Origin: an uncultured Bdellovibrionales bacterium
Lineage (GTDB): Bacteria; Patescibacteriota; Minisyncoccia; Moranbacterales; UBA1568
Direction of reading: 5' to 3'
Assembly (NCBI GenBank): GCA_964384235.1
Contig: CAYLJX010000002.1
Location: 4,126 to 68,125 of the forward strand
DNA length: 64,000 nt
The translations under genes were made by a program, and so were the position numbers. Within the stretch, counting starts at the first letter, position 1, and the number at the start of each line of letters is the position of its first letter. The notes below the pieces were generated by a model. The model was not told where the DNA came from. It saw only the letters and a list, made by a program, of their open reading frames with translations, and searched no databases. Below, piece by piece: positions 18,066 to 27,750 of the stretch.

Positions 18066-19586
18066 ATGTCTGCAAAGGTGTTTTCGGCGGCGACGATCGG
18101 CTTGGACAGCGTTTTGGTGGAAGTGGAAGTGGATGTGCTTCCGGCGGGGCTGCATCATTTTACGCTCGTCGGGTTGCCCGATACGGCTATCAAGGAATCA
18201 CGTGATCGGGTGAGCGCCGCACTCAAGAATAGCGGTTTCCGGCCGCCACATCAGAGCGGTCGCATCACGGCGAACCTCGCTCCGGCCGATCTGCCCAAGA
18301 ACACCCCGATCTATGACGTCCCGCTCGCCCTGGGGTTTCTCCTGGCGACAGAACAGCTCCGATTTGAACACAAGGACAAGCTCTTCGTGGGAGAACTCGC
18401 GCTCGATGGCAGCGTGCGCCGGGTGTACGGGGTGCTTCCGATCGCGCTCTTCGCCAAGGCGAAGGGCTTTTCCGAGATCTATGTCCCGGCGGAGAATGCG
18501 GCGGAAGCGGCTCTGGTGCAGGGACTCACGGTCATCCCGGTGAAGAGCCTCTTCGATCTGGCCAAGCATCTGCAGGGTGAAGCGTTGACTGCTCCCTTTG
18601 TCAGGGAGGAAAAAGACGATACGAGAGCGGAGATGCTGACTGATATCGCCCATATCAAGGGACAGGAACACGCCAAACGCTCTCTCGAGATCGTAGCGGC
18701 CGGCGGACACAATATCCTCTTTGTCGGGCCTCCCGGATCCGGTAAGACGCTCCTCGCCAAGACGCTCCCGACGATTCTCCCCAAGCTTGATTTCGAGGAG
18801 AGTCTCGAAGTGACCAAGATCTTTTCCGTCGCGGGACGATTGATGCGGGAAGAAGCACTCATTACGGAGCGACCGTTCCGGGCACCGCACCATTCTGCGA
18901 GCGCCATCTCGCTGGTCGGCGGCGGATCGATGCCTAGGCCCGGAGAGATCAGTCTCTCGCACCGAGGAGTCCTTTTTCTCGACGAGTTCGCCGAGTTCTC
19001 CCGGCCGGTCCTGGAAAATCTCCGGCAGCCGCTCGAAGACGGCGAGGTGACGGTGTCGCGCGTCCGTGGGTCGCTCAAGTTTCCGGCACGCTTCATCCTG
19101 GTGGCGGCCATGAACCCGTGTCCCTGTGGGTATGTCGGTGATCCGGAACGGGTCTGTGCCTGCGCTCCCTACCAGGTGGCCAAGTACAAGCAGAAGATTT
19201 CCGGACCGATTTTGGACCGTATCGACCTTCACGTCGAGGTGCCCCGGGTGAAATTCGAGAAGCTCGAGGCGGAGACGAACGATAACGAGACAAGTGAAGA
19301 CGTACGGAAGCGCGTAGAACGGGCGCGGACCGTCCAAAAGGAGCGCTTCGTCGATTCCGCTTTCCAGACCAATGCCGAGATGACGAGTCAGATGGTAAAG
19401 AAGTTCTGCAAACTCGACCAGGATTGCCAAGACCTCCTGCGCGACGCGGTGTCCCGGCTCAAGCTCTCCGCGCGCGGCTACATGCGCGTGCTCAAGGTGG
19501 CGCGTACCATCGCCGACCTTGCCGGGAGCGCCACTATCCAGCCGCTGCACCTCGCCGAAGCACTTCAATATCGTTTCAAAGAATAG
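18066..19586 (+). CDS. comM: YifB/ComM Mg-chelatase-like AAA+ helicase
   Basis: VGLPDTAIKESRDRV, NLAPADLPK, GPPGSGKT, RAPHHSAS, LFLDEFAEF, AMNPCPCG, SGPILDRID. Confidence 0.95.
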   Translation: MSAKVFSAATIGLDSVLVEVEVDVLPAGLHHFTLVGLPDTAIKESRDRVSAALKNSGFRPPHQSGRITANLAPADLPKNTPIYDVPLALGFLLATEQLRFEHKDKLFVGELALDGSVRRVYGVLPIALFAKAKGFSEIYVPAENAAEAALVQGLTVIPVKSLFDLAKHLQGEALTAPFVREEKDDTRAEMLTDIAHIKGQEHAKRSLEIVAAGGHNILFVGPPGSGKTLLAKTLPTILPKLDFEESLEVTKIFSVAGRLMREEALITERPFRAPHHSASAISLVGGGSMPRPGEISLSHRGVLFLDEFAEFSRPVLENLRQPLEDGEVTVSRVRGSLKFPARFILVAAMNPCPCGYVGDPERVCACAPYQVAKYKQKISGPILDRIDLHVEVPRVKFEKLEAETNDNETSEDVRKRVERARTVQKERFVDSAFQTNAEMTSQMVKKFCKLDQDCQDLLRDAVSRLKLSARGYMRVLKVARTIADLAGSATIQPLHLAEALQYRFKE

Positions 19587-19606
19587 TGTAAAATAGGAGG
19601 GGGACT

Positions 19607-20572
19607 ATGATACCAAGAAAAAAGAGTAGAAAAAAAATACCTTTTGTCTTTTTTTCGGCGGCGGTGATCGTGCTCACGTTCGTCATGCACGGGTACGCGG
19701 CCGATGACGAGAATCGTTTCGTTTCAAACGCGGGTACGAAGAGCGTACGGCTCGTAGACGATGGGCTCATTTCTTTTTTTGAGACGAAGGAGGAAACAGT
19801 ACGAACATTTCTCGATAAGGCGCACATCAACCTCCAAGAAGGTGACAGCGTCTTTCCGGTACCGGATACCAAGATTTTTTCCGGGACGCAGGTCATCGTA
19901 CGGCGGGCGCGTGCGGTGATGGTGAAAGTCGACGGGAACGAAAAACACTTTCGGACGCAGGCGGCAAGTGTCGAGGAAGCGCTCGCGGAGAATCATGTCG
20001 CACTCGGGGAGGATGATATCGTGAAACCTGGACGCGAGACATTCGTAGTCGACAAGCTCGCGGTCACTGTGACGCGTGTGGAGATCAAGGAAGAGTTCGC
20101 AGACAAAAAAATTCCCTTTGAGAAAAAATCGAACGAAGATCCGAAACTTTCTTTCCGTATCACGAAAGTGACGCAGAAAGGTGAAGAAGGGACGAAACGT
20201 ACGACGTATCGCGTCGCGTATCATGACGGCAAGGAAGTGAAACGCACCGCCCTCAAGACCGAAACCATCAAGGAACCGGTCACGGAAGTGACGACCCAAG
20301 GGACTCTCGTGAAGACAGGAAAAAGTCATCGGGGCGCGGCCTCGTGGTACGCCTGGACGGGAACGATGGCCGCCGCTAATCCGTGGCTTCCCATGGGGAG
20401 TTATGTGAAGGTGACGAACGTCGACAATGGGAAGAGTGTCATCGTCAAAATAAACGACCGTGGACCATTCGCGCCGGGCCGCATCATCGACCTCGACAAG
20501 GTCGCTTTCGCCAAGATCGCCTCTCTCGGCGCCGGCGTCGTCAACGTGAAGATGGAGGAGATAGTCAACTAA
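19607..20572 (+). CDS. YabE-like DUF348 + G5 + RlpA-like (DPBB) cell-wall protein
   Basis: N-terminal TM, ubiquitin-like DUF348 repeats, G5 (TQKGEEG..EPVTEV..QG), GAASWY...VKINDRGPF...RIIDL. Confidence 0.85.
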   Translation: MIPRKKSRKKIPFVFFSAAVIVLTFVMHGYAADDENRFVSNAGTKSVRLVDDGLISFFETKEETVRTFLDKAHINLQEGDSVFPVPDTKIFSGTQVIVRRARAVMVKVDGNEKHFRTQAASVEEALAENHVALGEDDIVKPGRETFVVDKLAVTVTRVEIKEEFADKKIPFEKKSNEDPKLSFRITKVTQKGEEGTKRTTYRVAYHDGKEVKRTALKTETIKEPVTEVTTQGTLVKTGKSHRGAASWYAWTGTMAAANPWLPMGSYVKVTNVDNGKSVIVKINDRGPFAPGRIIDLDKVAFAKIASLGAGVVNVKMEEIVN

Positions 20573-20581
20573 CAGTCAACA

Positions 20582-21436
20582 ATGAACATGGAACAAGGAA
20601 AAGTGAAAGCAAAGAAGAGTTTGGGGCAGAATTTTTTGCGGGACGAAAATGTCGTGCAGGAGATTTTGGGAATCGCCGAAGTAGCGGCGGAGGACAATGT
20701 ACTCGAGATCGGACCGGGGACGGGAGTGCTCACCGAGGCGCTCGCCCAAGCCGGGGCGCACGTCGTCGCGATCGAACTCGATCATCGGTTGATCGATGAT
20801 CTGACGAAAAAATTCTCACAATACGAAAACGTTTCCGTGATCGAAGGTGACATCCTGAAGGTGAGTATTCCCGATCTGGTACGAAACGCTTTTTCAGGCA
20901 ACAAGACCGACGAGAGCGCTTCCTTGTCTACTCACTACTCACTACCAACTACTGACTACAAGGTCATCGCCAACATTCCCTACTACATCACGGCGCCCAT
21001 CATCCGCACGCTTCTCTCACTCTCTGTGCCACCACAGTCACTCACGCTCATGGTACAGGACGAGGTAGCCGAGCGTCTCGCGGCAGAACCGGGAGACATG
21101 TCGCTCCTCTCCGTCATGGCGCAGTACTATTCTGACGTGGAAAAAAAGCTGTTTGTTCCCAAGGAATCATTCGATCCCGTACCGCAGGTCGACAGCGCGG
21201 TCATCCATATCGTCCCGAAGCGTGTCTATGACAAGGAGAATGATCGTAAGATCTTCCGTCTCGTGCGGGCCGGATTCGCGGCACGAAGGAAAACTTTGGC
21301 GAACAATCTCTCGACCAGTCTCCAGGTTCCGCGAGCGGATGTGGAAAAAATATTGGAAACGAATGCACTGCGTAAGGACATCCGGGCCCAGGCGCTCTCG
21401 ATAGAGGATTGGGAGCGACTGCAGGAAAATTTCTAA
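20582..21436 (+). CDS. rsmA: 16S rRNA m6,2A1518/1519 dimethyltransferase
   Basis: KKSLGQNFL, VLEIGPGTG, IELD, ANIPYYIT, FDPVPQVDSA, RRKTLANN. Confidence 0.96.
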   Translation: MNMEQGKVKAKKSLGQNFLRDENVVQEILGIAEVAAEDNVLEIGPGTGVLTEALAQAGAHVVAIELDHRLIDDLTKKFSQYENVSVIEGDILKVSIPDLVRNAFSGNKTDESASLSTHYSLPTTDYKVIANIPYYITAPIIRTLLSLSVPPQSLTLMVQDEVAERLAAEPGDMSLLSVMAQYYSDVEKKLFVPKESFDPVPQVDSAVIHIVPKRVYDKENDRKIFRLVRAGFAARRKTLANNLSTSLQVPRADVEKILETNALRKDIRAQALSIEDWERLQENF

Positions 21437-21808
21437 AAAGAAGAAGCGCTCGGACCTTAGTCTGGGCGCTTGCATTTTCGTACCGATGCTTCGGTCACGG
21501 GATCGAAGCTTTGTTATGAAGGTACAAGAGGAGAAGTTCGACTGCTTCTGAAGGAAGGGTAACCGTTTGGTCGCAACTCCCATCGCAATCTCCTATGATT
21601 TCGCGAACCACCTGGGGCCTCTCGTCGCCGGGATGTATGCAAGTGGTTTGCATGAGATGAACACCGTTGCAGCAGAGATACTTGGTGTCCGTGACGGTAC
21701 CGGAATTGTCCACGTAATGACGGAATATACGAGCTCGAATCTCAGGCATCTCGGTCTCCTCGAATGTGATGGTAAGGTGCCGCTTGGGTTTGTGCCGCCA
21801 TTGTCTCT

Positions 21809-23437
21809 CTAAAAAAGAAGAAAGGCAAGAATGGCTCCGTAGAGCGTGACAAGGAAGAGGGCGGCACCGGGGAGCCGATAGTAGTCGAGCTTTGATCGCG
21901 GAGAGGCTTTCTGGATCATCCAGAAGAGCGTGCTTCCGATGAGAAGCGCGGGGAAAAACGCGGAGCGGATGTTGAGAAGAAACGGACTGGCCGTGAAGAG
22001 GAGGAACGTGAGACTCCCCAGCAGGAGTTTGGCTTTGGCTTCACCGAGGAGAACGGGAACGGTATACACATGGTCGGCGGCATCGCCCTTGATGTCCTTG
22101 AAGTCCTTGAGCGGCAGCGAGAGCGTGTAGGCGGCGAAGAGGAAAAAGAGGATGGAGGACGGAAGAGCGGAGAAATCCTGTGCCGGTGAGACGGCGATGA
22201 ATCCCGCGAGCAGGACGAAGATGCCGGCCAACCCGGCGAGGAGCGTCGCGATCCCTGGAAGGCGTTTGAGGCGGAGCGGCGAGGCGGAGTAGATCCAGGC
22301 GATGGCCTGGTACCCGAGGAGAAGCAGCATGGCGGAAAAGCTCGCGAGGCCCGAGAAGATGAGGGAGATGAGGAAAAACATCACTCCGAACGTCTTGTAC
22401 GTATCCGGCGGGATGGTATGTTCGACGAGAGGACGGTGAGGATTGGTCTCTCGGTCGATGCGGATATCGTAGCAGTCGTTGACGACGACCGAGGCGAGCC
22501 AGGCGGCTTCGACGGCTATCAGGAGGAGCAGGGCGGCCAGGATATCGAAGAACGTGGGAGAAGTCGATGCATCGGTGAAGATAAGGGCGAGCATCATGCC
22601 GAGTAAGAGGAGGCCGGCGTGGTAGACGAGCTGGGGTAATCGGGAATTCTTCCGGAGGGCATGGAAGAAAACCGGAGAGGATCGGTAGAGGGTGAGCATA
22701 CCGAAGACGAACGAAAGAGCGGCCAGTATCAGGCTCATCTTTATGTTGAGTACGTTTTGGAAATCATCAAGAGTGTGCGCGAGGATATCCTGCGGCGCCA
22801 GGAACAATCCGGCGATATGGGCGATCGAGACGGCCAGGAATCCTTTTTGGAATCCCAGGACGAGGAGGGTGATCCATGACGGGAGGGTGCCGAGGACGAA
22901 GAGGGCGGTATATGCCAGGACGGATGATAGGACGGCTCTCCCGATACTTTTCAGCTTGAGATAGGAGTAGAGGCCGATCGCGATGACGGCCGGGGCGATG
23001 AGGAAGCGGACACCGTAGGTGATGCCCATGTTCGGGGTATCGTCGAAATAGCCGAAGTAATACCGGATGAGATCATGCATGCCGCCGAAGTCATAGAAGC
23101 TCAGGTAGGTGCTGTTTCCGAAGATGAGGCGGTCGACGACGGGAGGGAAAAGGATGATCAGGAAAAAGGCGAGCAGGAGGTTGATGGTTTCCGGAAATCC
23201 CGTCTTTCCCGCGTACCGGAGGAGCGGAATGAAGATGAGAAAGGTCGTGAGAAAGAACAGGAAGGTATGGGTGAATTCGTAGAAGATGAAACCGAAAGAG
23301 TGCGCTTGGAAGAAAAACAACCCGTTTTCGACGGTCAGACGGAGGATGATGAGCGAAAAGAACGCGGTGAGCGCTGTTGCGAACGTGAGCGGAGTTTTTT
23401 CGACGGTCTCGAGGATGCGGAGGATGTTTTTTTTCAT
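21809..23437 (-). CDS. UbiA-family prenyltransferase with N-terminal multi-TM extension
   Basis: True start MKKNILRILE at 23437; Asp-rich motifs NDCYDIRIDRETNPHRPL and KDFKDIKGD, plus YSASPLRLKR. Confidence 0.85.
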   Translation of the reverse strand: MKKNILRILETVEKTPLTFATALTAFFSLIILRLTVENGLFFFQAHSFGFIFYEFTHTFLFFLTTFLIFIPLLRYAGKTGFPETINLLLAFFLIILFPPVVDRLIFGNSTYLSFYDFGGMHDLIRYYFGYFDDTPNMGITYGVRFLIAPAVIAIGLYSYLKLKSIGRAVLSSVLAYTALFVLGTLPSWITLLVLGFQKGFLAVSIAHIAGLFLAPQDILAHTLDDFQNVLNIKMSLILAALSFVFGMLTLYRSSPVFFHALRKNSRLPQLVYHAGLLLLGMMLALIFTDASTSPTFFDILAALLLLIAVEAAWLASVVVNDCYDIRIDRETNPHRPLVEHTIPPDTYKTFGVMFFLISLIFSGLASFSAMLLLLGYQAIAWIYSASPLRLKRLPGIATLLAGLAGIFVLLAGFIAVSPAQDFSALPSSILFFLFAAYTLSLPLKDFKDIKGDAADHVYTVPVLLGEAKAKLLLGSLTFLLFTASPFLLNIRSAFFPALLIGSTLFWMIQKASPRSKLDYYRLPGAALFLVTLYGAILAFLLF

Positions 23438-24189
23438 ATTTTCCTGGTGGTGAGTGCAGAAAAGACCAATCGGATATCGGAGAACAGCCCTCTTTCGACA
23501 GGGATGAATTTCCGGTGGCTGACAAAGGCGTATCCCGCGAGAAAAAAGGCGCCGACGAGGAAGTACCAGATGGCATCCTCGACCGGTACCCCGGCATAGA
23601 CCGCTCCAAGAGGACGGATGTTCCAGAGGGCTTCTATGATATTCGGAGACAGGAGGTTGCCTATCATATAGATCGGGAGTGTCACGGTGAGCATCACTGA
23701 TCCGGAGAGGAGAGCGGGAACCAGGAGGTCTCTGCGAAGAAGGATGACAAGCAACGTGGTGATGAAAAGCGCCCAGGAGGTCGCATAGAATGAGTGGAGG
23801 TGAAATGAATAGAAAAGACTGAGGAGGAGTGAAAAGAAAACGGCGAGAAAGAGAGCCAGATGCCAGACTTTCTTTGAGAAGAGTTCGGATTGAATGACCT
23901 CGGCGGTTCTGCCGAAGCAGTAAGGATAGAGGAAAATCGGGATGCCGACATGCGTAAAGCACATAATGAGGTCTTCGATCCCGACGCGTGTCCCTGTGAT
24001 GGTAATGGGGTGCCACCAGTCGGAGGTCCAGAAGGCGTATTCGACGAAGAGGCCGAGCCACATGTATGCGAGACCGCCCCAGAGCATGAAGGTTCGGGCC
24101 TCTTTCAACCGGAAAAAAAGCCACAGCCACACGGGTACGAACGCGAGGCTGCCGAACAGGTAGGCGAGTGACGGGGGAATAAGAGGCAT
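23434..24189 (-). CDS. lycopene-cyclase-domain membrane protein (two repeats)
   Basis: WWHPITITGTRVGIEDLIMCF and WNIRPLGAVYAGVPVEDAIWYF resemble the W..G.P.EE/D motif of CrtYc/Yd-type cyclases; 4-nt overlap with the UbiA gene. Confidence 0.65.
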   Translation of the reverse strand: MPLIPPSLAYLFGSLAFVPVWLWLFFRLKEARTFMLWGGLAYMWLGLFVEYAFWTSDWWHPITITGTRVGIEDLIMCFTHVGIPIFLYPYCFGRTAEVIQSELFSKKVWHLALFLAVFFSLLLSLFYSFHLHSFYATSWALFITTLLVILLRRDLLVPALLSGSVMLTVTLPIYMIGNLLSPNIIEALWNIRPLGAVYAGVPVEDAIWYFLVGAFFLAGYAFVSHRKFIPVERGLFSDIRLVFSALTTRKI

Positions 24190-24286
24190 GAGGATGACTG
24201 AAAGCTTTAGTCGATACCCTATATTTTAGCATAGAAGAGGCAGTGCAGAAGGGAGTGTGAAAATATGATAGAATGGATAAATTGCT

Positions 24287-26533
24287 ATGAAATTCTGGGA
24301 AGCGGGACTCAACGAGGAACAGATGAAGGCGGTGCTCCAGACGGAGGGACCAGTCTTGATCCTGGCCGGGGCCGGCTCGGGCAAGACCAAAACGCTCACC
24401 CACCGGATCGCCTACCTCATCGCCGAGAAGCGGGTGTCGCCCTCGAATATCCTGGCGGTCACCTTCACCAACAAGGCGGCCGGCGAGATGCGGGAGCGTA
24501 TCGAAAAGCTCCTTTCGCAAAGCGAAGCAGCGGAGTTCGGCGCACAGGTGCTGCCGCAGCATATCGGAACGTTTCACAACATCTGCTCGCGGATCCTCCG
24601 GCGAGAGATCGCGGTCTTGGGTTACGATACGCGTTTCAACATCCTTGATGCCGATGATCAGCAGTCGATCGTCAAGAAGGCCATGAAGGAGCTCGAAATG
24701 AGCACCGATCAGGTCAAGCCACGCTCCATGCTCGAGGCCATCTCGCGGGCCAAGAACTCGCAGATAAGCGAAGAGCAGTTCCTCATGCAGGCCGGAAGCT
24801 ACTTCGAGGAGCTCGCGGCCAAGGTCTATGAGCGGTACCAGAAGGAACTCCGGCAGACGAACAGTCTCGATTTCGACGACCTCATTCTCCTCACCGTCCG
24901 GCTCTTTCAGGAACATCCGGACGTGCTCGGGCGCTACCAGGATCTCTTCCGCTACATCATGGTGGACGAATACCAGGATACCAACGCGCTCCAATACACG
25001 CTCATCCACCTCCTCGCCAAGAAACGAAAAAATATCTTCGTCATCGGCGATGACTACCAGTCGATCTACGGTTGGCGTCAGGCGGATATCAAGAACATCC
25101 TTAATTTCGAGAAGGACTACCCGGAAGCGGTCGTCATCACGCTCGACCGTAATTACCGTTCGACGCAGATCATCCTCGACGCGGCGGACGGCGTCATCTC
25201 ACGCAATGTCCATCAGCGTCACAAGAAACTCTGGACCGACGTGAAGGCAGGCGAGCAGATCACACTCGTACCGGCGGAAGACGAGGAGGCGGAAGCGCGC
25301 TTCGTGGCGGAGACTGTCGGGCGGATCCGCGGGGAGGGCCGGCGTTTCGGTGACTTTGCGGTGCTCTATCGGACCAACGCCCAGTCGCGTATGGTGGAAG
25401 AGATGTTCCTTAAGCACTCCATCTCCTACCGCATCGTCGGCGGACTGAAATTCTACCAGCGCAAGGAGATCAAGGATGTGATCGCTTACGTGCGGCTTTT
25501 CGAGAATCCGCGCGATCAGCTGGCCCTGGAGCGTATCGTCAATGAGCCGCCGCGCGGCATCGGCAAGGTGACGTTGGAAAAATGGGTGGGCGCGGCGCGG
25601 GAGCATTCGCAGGATTTTTTCGACGCGGCGTACGCGCTCACGACGGAGAACGGCATCAATCAGGGGAAAATCGCGGCCATCAGGCAGTTCGCGGACATGT
25701 TTTTGAGACTGCGCGAGGAGATGAAGGCGAAACAAGAGATGAAGCTCGCGGAACTCCTGAAACATCTCATCACGGACAGCGGCTACCTCAAGAGTCTCGC
25801 GGACGGGACGAGTGAAGGCGAAACGCGCCAGGAGAACGTCCAGGAACTTCTTTCCGTCGCCAAGAAATATGATGGGGTTGTCTTGAGCGAGGCGCTCTCT
25901 TTGTTCCTCGAAGAAGTGGCGCTCGCCTCGGATACGGATGAGATCAACCGCGAGCAGGATGCCGTGCACCTTATGACCGTCCATAGCGCCAAGGGGCTGG
26001 AATTCCCGATCGTCTTCATCATCGGTCTGGAGGAGGGGGTTTTTCCGCATTCGCGGAGCAACCTTTCGCAGCAGGAGATGGAAGAAGAGCGCCGGCTCAT
26101 GTACGTCGGTCTCACCCGGGCCAAGGAAAAAGTCCATCTTTTGTATACTGAACAGCGGACGATTTTCGGTTCGACCCAGGTCAATCCGCCGTCACGCTTC
26201 CTCTCCGAGATTCCCGAACACCTGGTGGAAGAAAAAGAGTGCGTCAGTTCCGGCATGATGGCAAAGAAGTATTTCAGGAAAAATTTCCACTCTTTCCCGC
26301 GAACGATGAAGACCAGCATCTCGTTTGAGGAAAAACCGAAAAGCGTTGAAGGGTCGGGGGCTTTCGTGAAACCGGTGGCGCCGGAAGATGTCCGGCCGGG
26401 CGATATGGTGGAGCATCCGCAGTTCGGCGGAGGACTGATCGTCTCCATCGCGGGAACGCTTGCTACCATTGCCTTCAAGCGCGCCGGCGTCAAAAAGATG
26501 ATGCTCGGCGTCGCACCGTTGAGAAAGCAATAA
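24287..26533 (+). CDS. pcrA: UvrD/PcrA ATP-dependent DNA helicase
   Basis: AGAGSGKT, TFTNKAA, VDEYQDTN, GDDYQSIY, NYRST, LMTVHSAKGLEF, EERRLMYVGLTRA, C-terminal Tudor-like VEHPQFG. Confidence 0.96.
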   Translation: MKFWEAGLNEEQMKAVLQTEGPVLILAGAGSGKTKTLTHRIAYLIAEKRVSPSNILAVTFTNKAAGEMRERIEKLLSQSEAAEFGAQVLPQHIGTFHNICSRILRREIAVLGYDTRFNILDADDQQSIVKKAMKELEMSTDQVKPRSMLEAISRAKNSQISEEQFLMQAGSYFEELAAKVYERYQKELRQTNSLDFDDLILLTVRLFQEHPDVLGRYQDLFRYIMVDEYQDTNALQYTLIHLLAKKRKNIFVIGDDYQSIYGWRQADIKNILNFEKDYPEAVVITLDRNYRSTQIILDAADGVISRNVHQRHKKLWTDVKAGEQITLVPAEDEEAEARFVAETVGRIRGEGRRFGDFAVLYRTNAQSRMVEEMFLKHSISYRIVGGLKFYQRKEIKDVIAYVRLFENPRDQLALERIVNEPPRGIGKVTLEKWVGAAREHSQDFFDAAYALTTENGINQGKIAAIRQFADMFLRLREEMKAKQEMKLAELLKHLITDSGYLKSLADGTSEGETRQENVQELLSVAKKYDGVVLSEALSLFLEEVALASDTDEINREQDAVHLMTVHSAKGLEFPIVFIIGLEEGVFPHSRSNLSQQEMEEERRLMYVGLTRAKEKVHLLYTEQRTIFGSTQVNPPSRFLSEIPEHLVEEKECVSSGMMAKKYFRKNFHSFPRTMKTSISFEEKPKSVEGSGAFVKPVAPEDVRPGDMVEHPQFGGGLIVSIAGTLATIAFKRAGVKKMMLGVAPLRKQ

Positions 26534-26612
26534 ACAGTCAACAGTTAACAAAAAACGGGTTCCATAGGGATCCGTTTTTTCTATTCCTTGTTAATTGTTA
26601 ACTGTTATTTGT

Positions 26613-27605
26613 TTATCTCTTCTTCCTTTTGGCGTGGAAGGTTTGGTGGATCTCCTTAAGACGCTCGTTGGTGATGTGGGTGTAGATCTGGGTGGTGGTG
26701 ATGGAGGAGTGGCCGAGCATGGCTTGGACGGAGCGGATATCGGCGCCGTTCACCAAGAGGTCGGTGGCAAAGGAATGACGGAGGGTATGCGGGTGGACAT
26801 CCTTCACGATGCCGGCCTTTTTGGCATAGTGTTTGACGAGGCGCTGGATACTGCGTGGCGTGAGGCGCAAACTCTCACGTTTCCCGTTTTTCTTGTTGAA
26901 GAGGCCCTTCTTGGGGAAAGAGACGAAGAGGGCCGGATCGATGTCAGCCCGCTTGTCGAGGTAGGCTTTGAGCGTGGTCTTGGCCGAAGGAGAAATGAAG
27001 ACGACCCGGAGTTTCCCACCCTTCCCGCGCACGCTGAACTCCTCCTTGTCGAGGTTGAAAGAGTGCCGGTCGAGCGAGACGAGCTCGGAGACACGCAGGC
27101 CGGAGGAAAAAAGGAGCTCGAGGATGGCTCTGTCGCGCAGGTGACGGACATCTTTTCCTCCCGCCTCGCCGAGACCGGTTTTGCGAGTCGAGGCTGGGTC
27201 CGTGGCCTGAATAAGTCGCTCCACTTCCTCGAATTCGAGGAAGTCCACCTGTCGATCGGGGATTTTTCCGACCTCGATCTTTTCTGCCGGGAGGGTCTCG
27301 ATGTCTTGTTTGGCTAGGTATTTGAGGAAGGAGCGGAGCACGATGGCGTGATAGGCCTGTGTGTTTTTCTTGAGGGTGGTTTCGCGACGGGTCGGCTTGC
27401 GATTGAGGTGAATCCGGTACTCCCGGACTTTTTCGGCGGTGATATCGGCCGGTTTGTGGATCGGACCCCATCCGAAAAAGGCGGAAAGGACGTTTTCGTA
27501 GCTTTCGAGGGTGCGAGGGGAGCGGTTCATCTCGATTTCCAGATGTTCCAGGAACTCCTTGGCCAGAGTTTCGATCTCGTTTTTCGGTTTTTCAAAGGCT
27601 CTCAT
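26613..27605 (-). CDS. tyrosine recombinase, XerC/XerD family
   Basis: RDRAILELLFSSGLRVSEL, GKGGK, HPHTLRHSFAT, LGHSSITTTQIY; ATG at 27605. Confidence 0.93.
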   Translation of the reverse strand: MRAFEKPKNEIETLAKEFLEHLEIEMNRSPRTLESYENVLSAFFGWGPIHKPADITAEKVREYRIHLNRKPTRRETTLKKNTQAYHAIVLRSFLKYLAKQDIETLPAEKIEVGKIPDRQVDFLEFEEVERLIQATDPASTRKTGLGEAGGKDVRHLRDRAILELLFSSGLRVSELVSLDRHSFNLDKEEFSVRGKGGKLRVVFISPSAKTTLKAYLDKRADIDPALFVSFPKKGLFNKKNGKRESLRLTPRSIQRLVKHYAKKAGIVKDVHPHTLRHSFATDLLVNGADIRSVQAMLGHSSITTTQIYTHITNERLKEIHQTFHAKRKKR

Positions 27606-27650
27606 GGGAGAAAATATTAGACGACATTGGAATTGTAGCATTTTTTTAGT

Positions 27651-27750
27651 TGTCATTCTCGCGGAAGCGGAAATCAAGGAGTCTCAAGGCTGATACATGA
27701 GAACAAGACGGAATTCTGTGGTGCCGGGATCCCTGCCTGCGCGGGGATGA
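27651..27750. repeat. inverted pair of REP-like palindromes
   Basis: TGTCATTCTCGCGGAAGCGGAAATC (27651-27675) and GGATCCCTGCCTGCGCGGGGATGA (27727-27750). Confidence 0.55.

Noticed and set aside
21549-21551. UGA recoding (genetic code 25 or selenocysteine)
   Set aside because: TGA is the stop of conserved genes (pnp, gmk, cca); no SECIS or redox motif evident.
21809-25009. 1066-aa ORF in the track
   Set aside because: Only 21809-23437 is a real UbiA-family gene; the upstream part is a shadow frame over the cyclase-like gene and antisense to pcrA.
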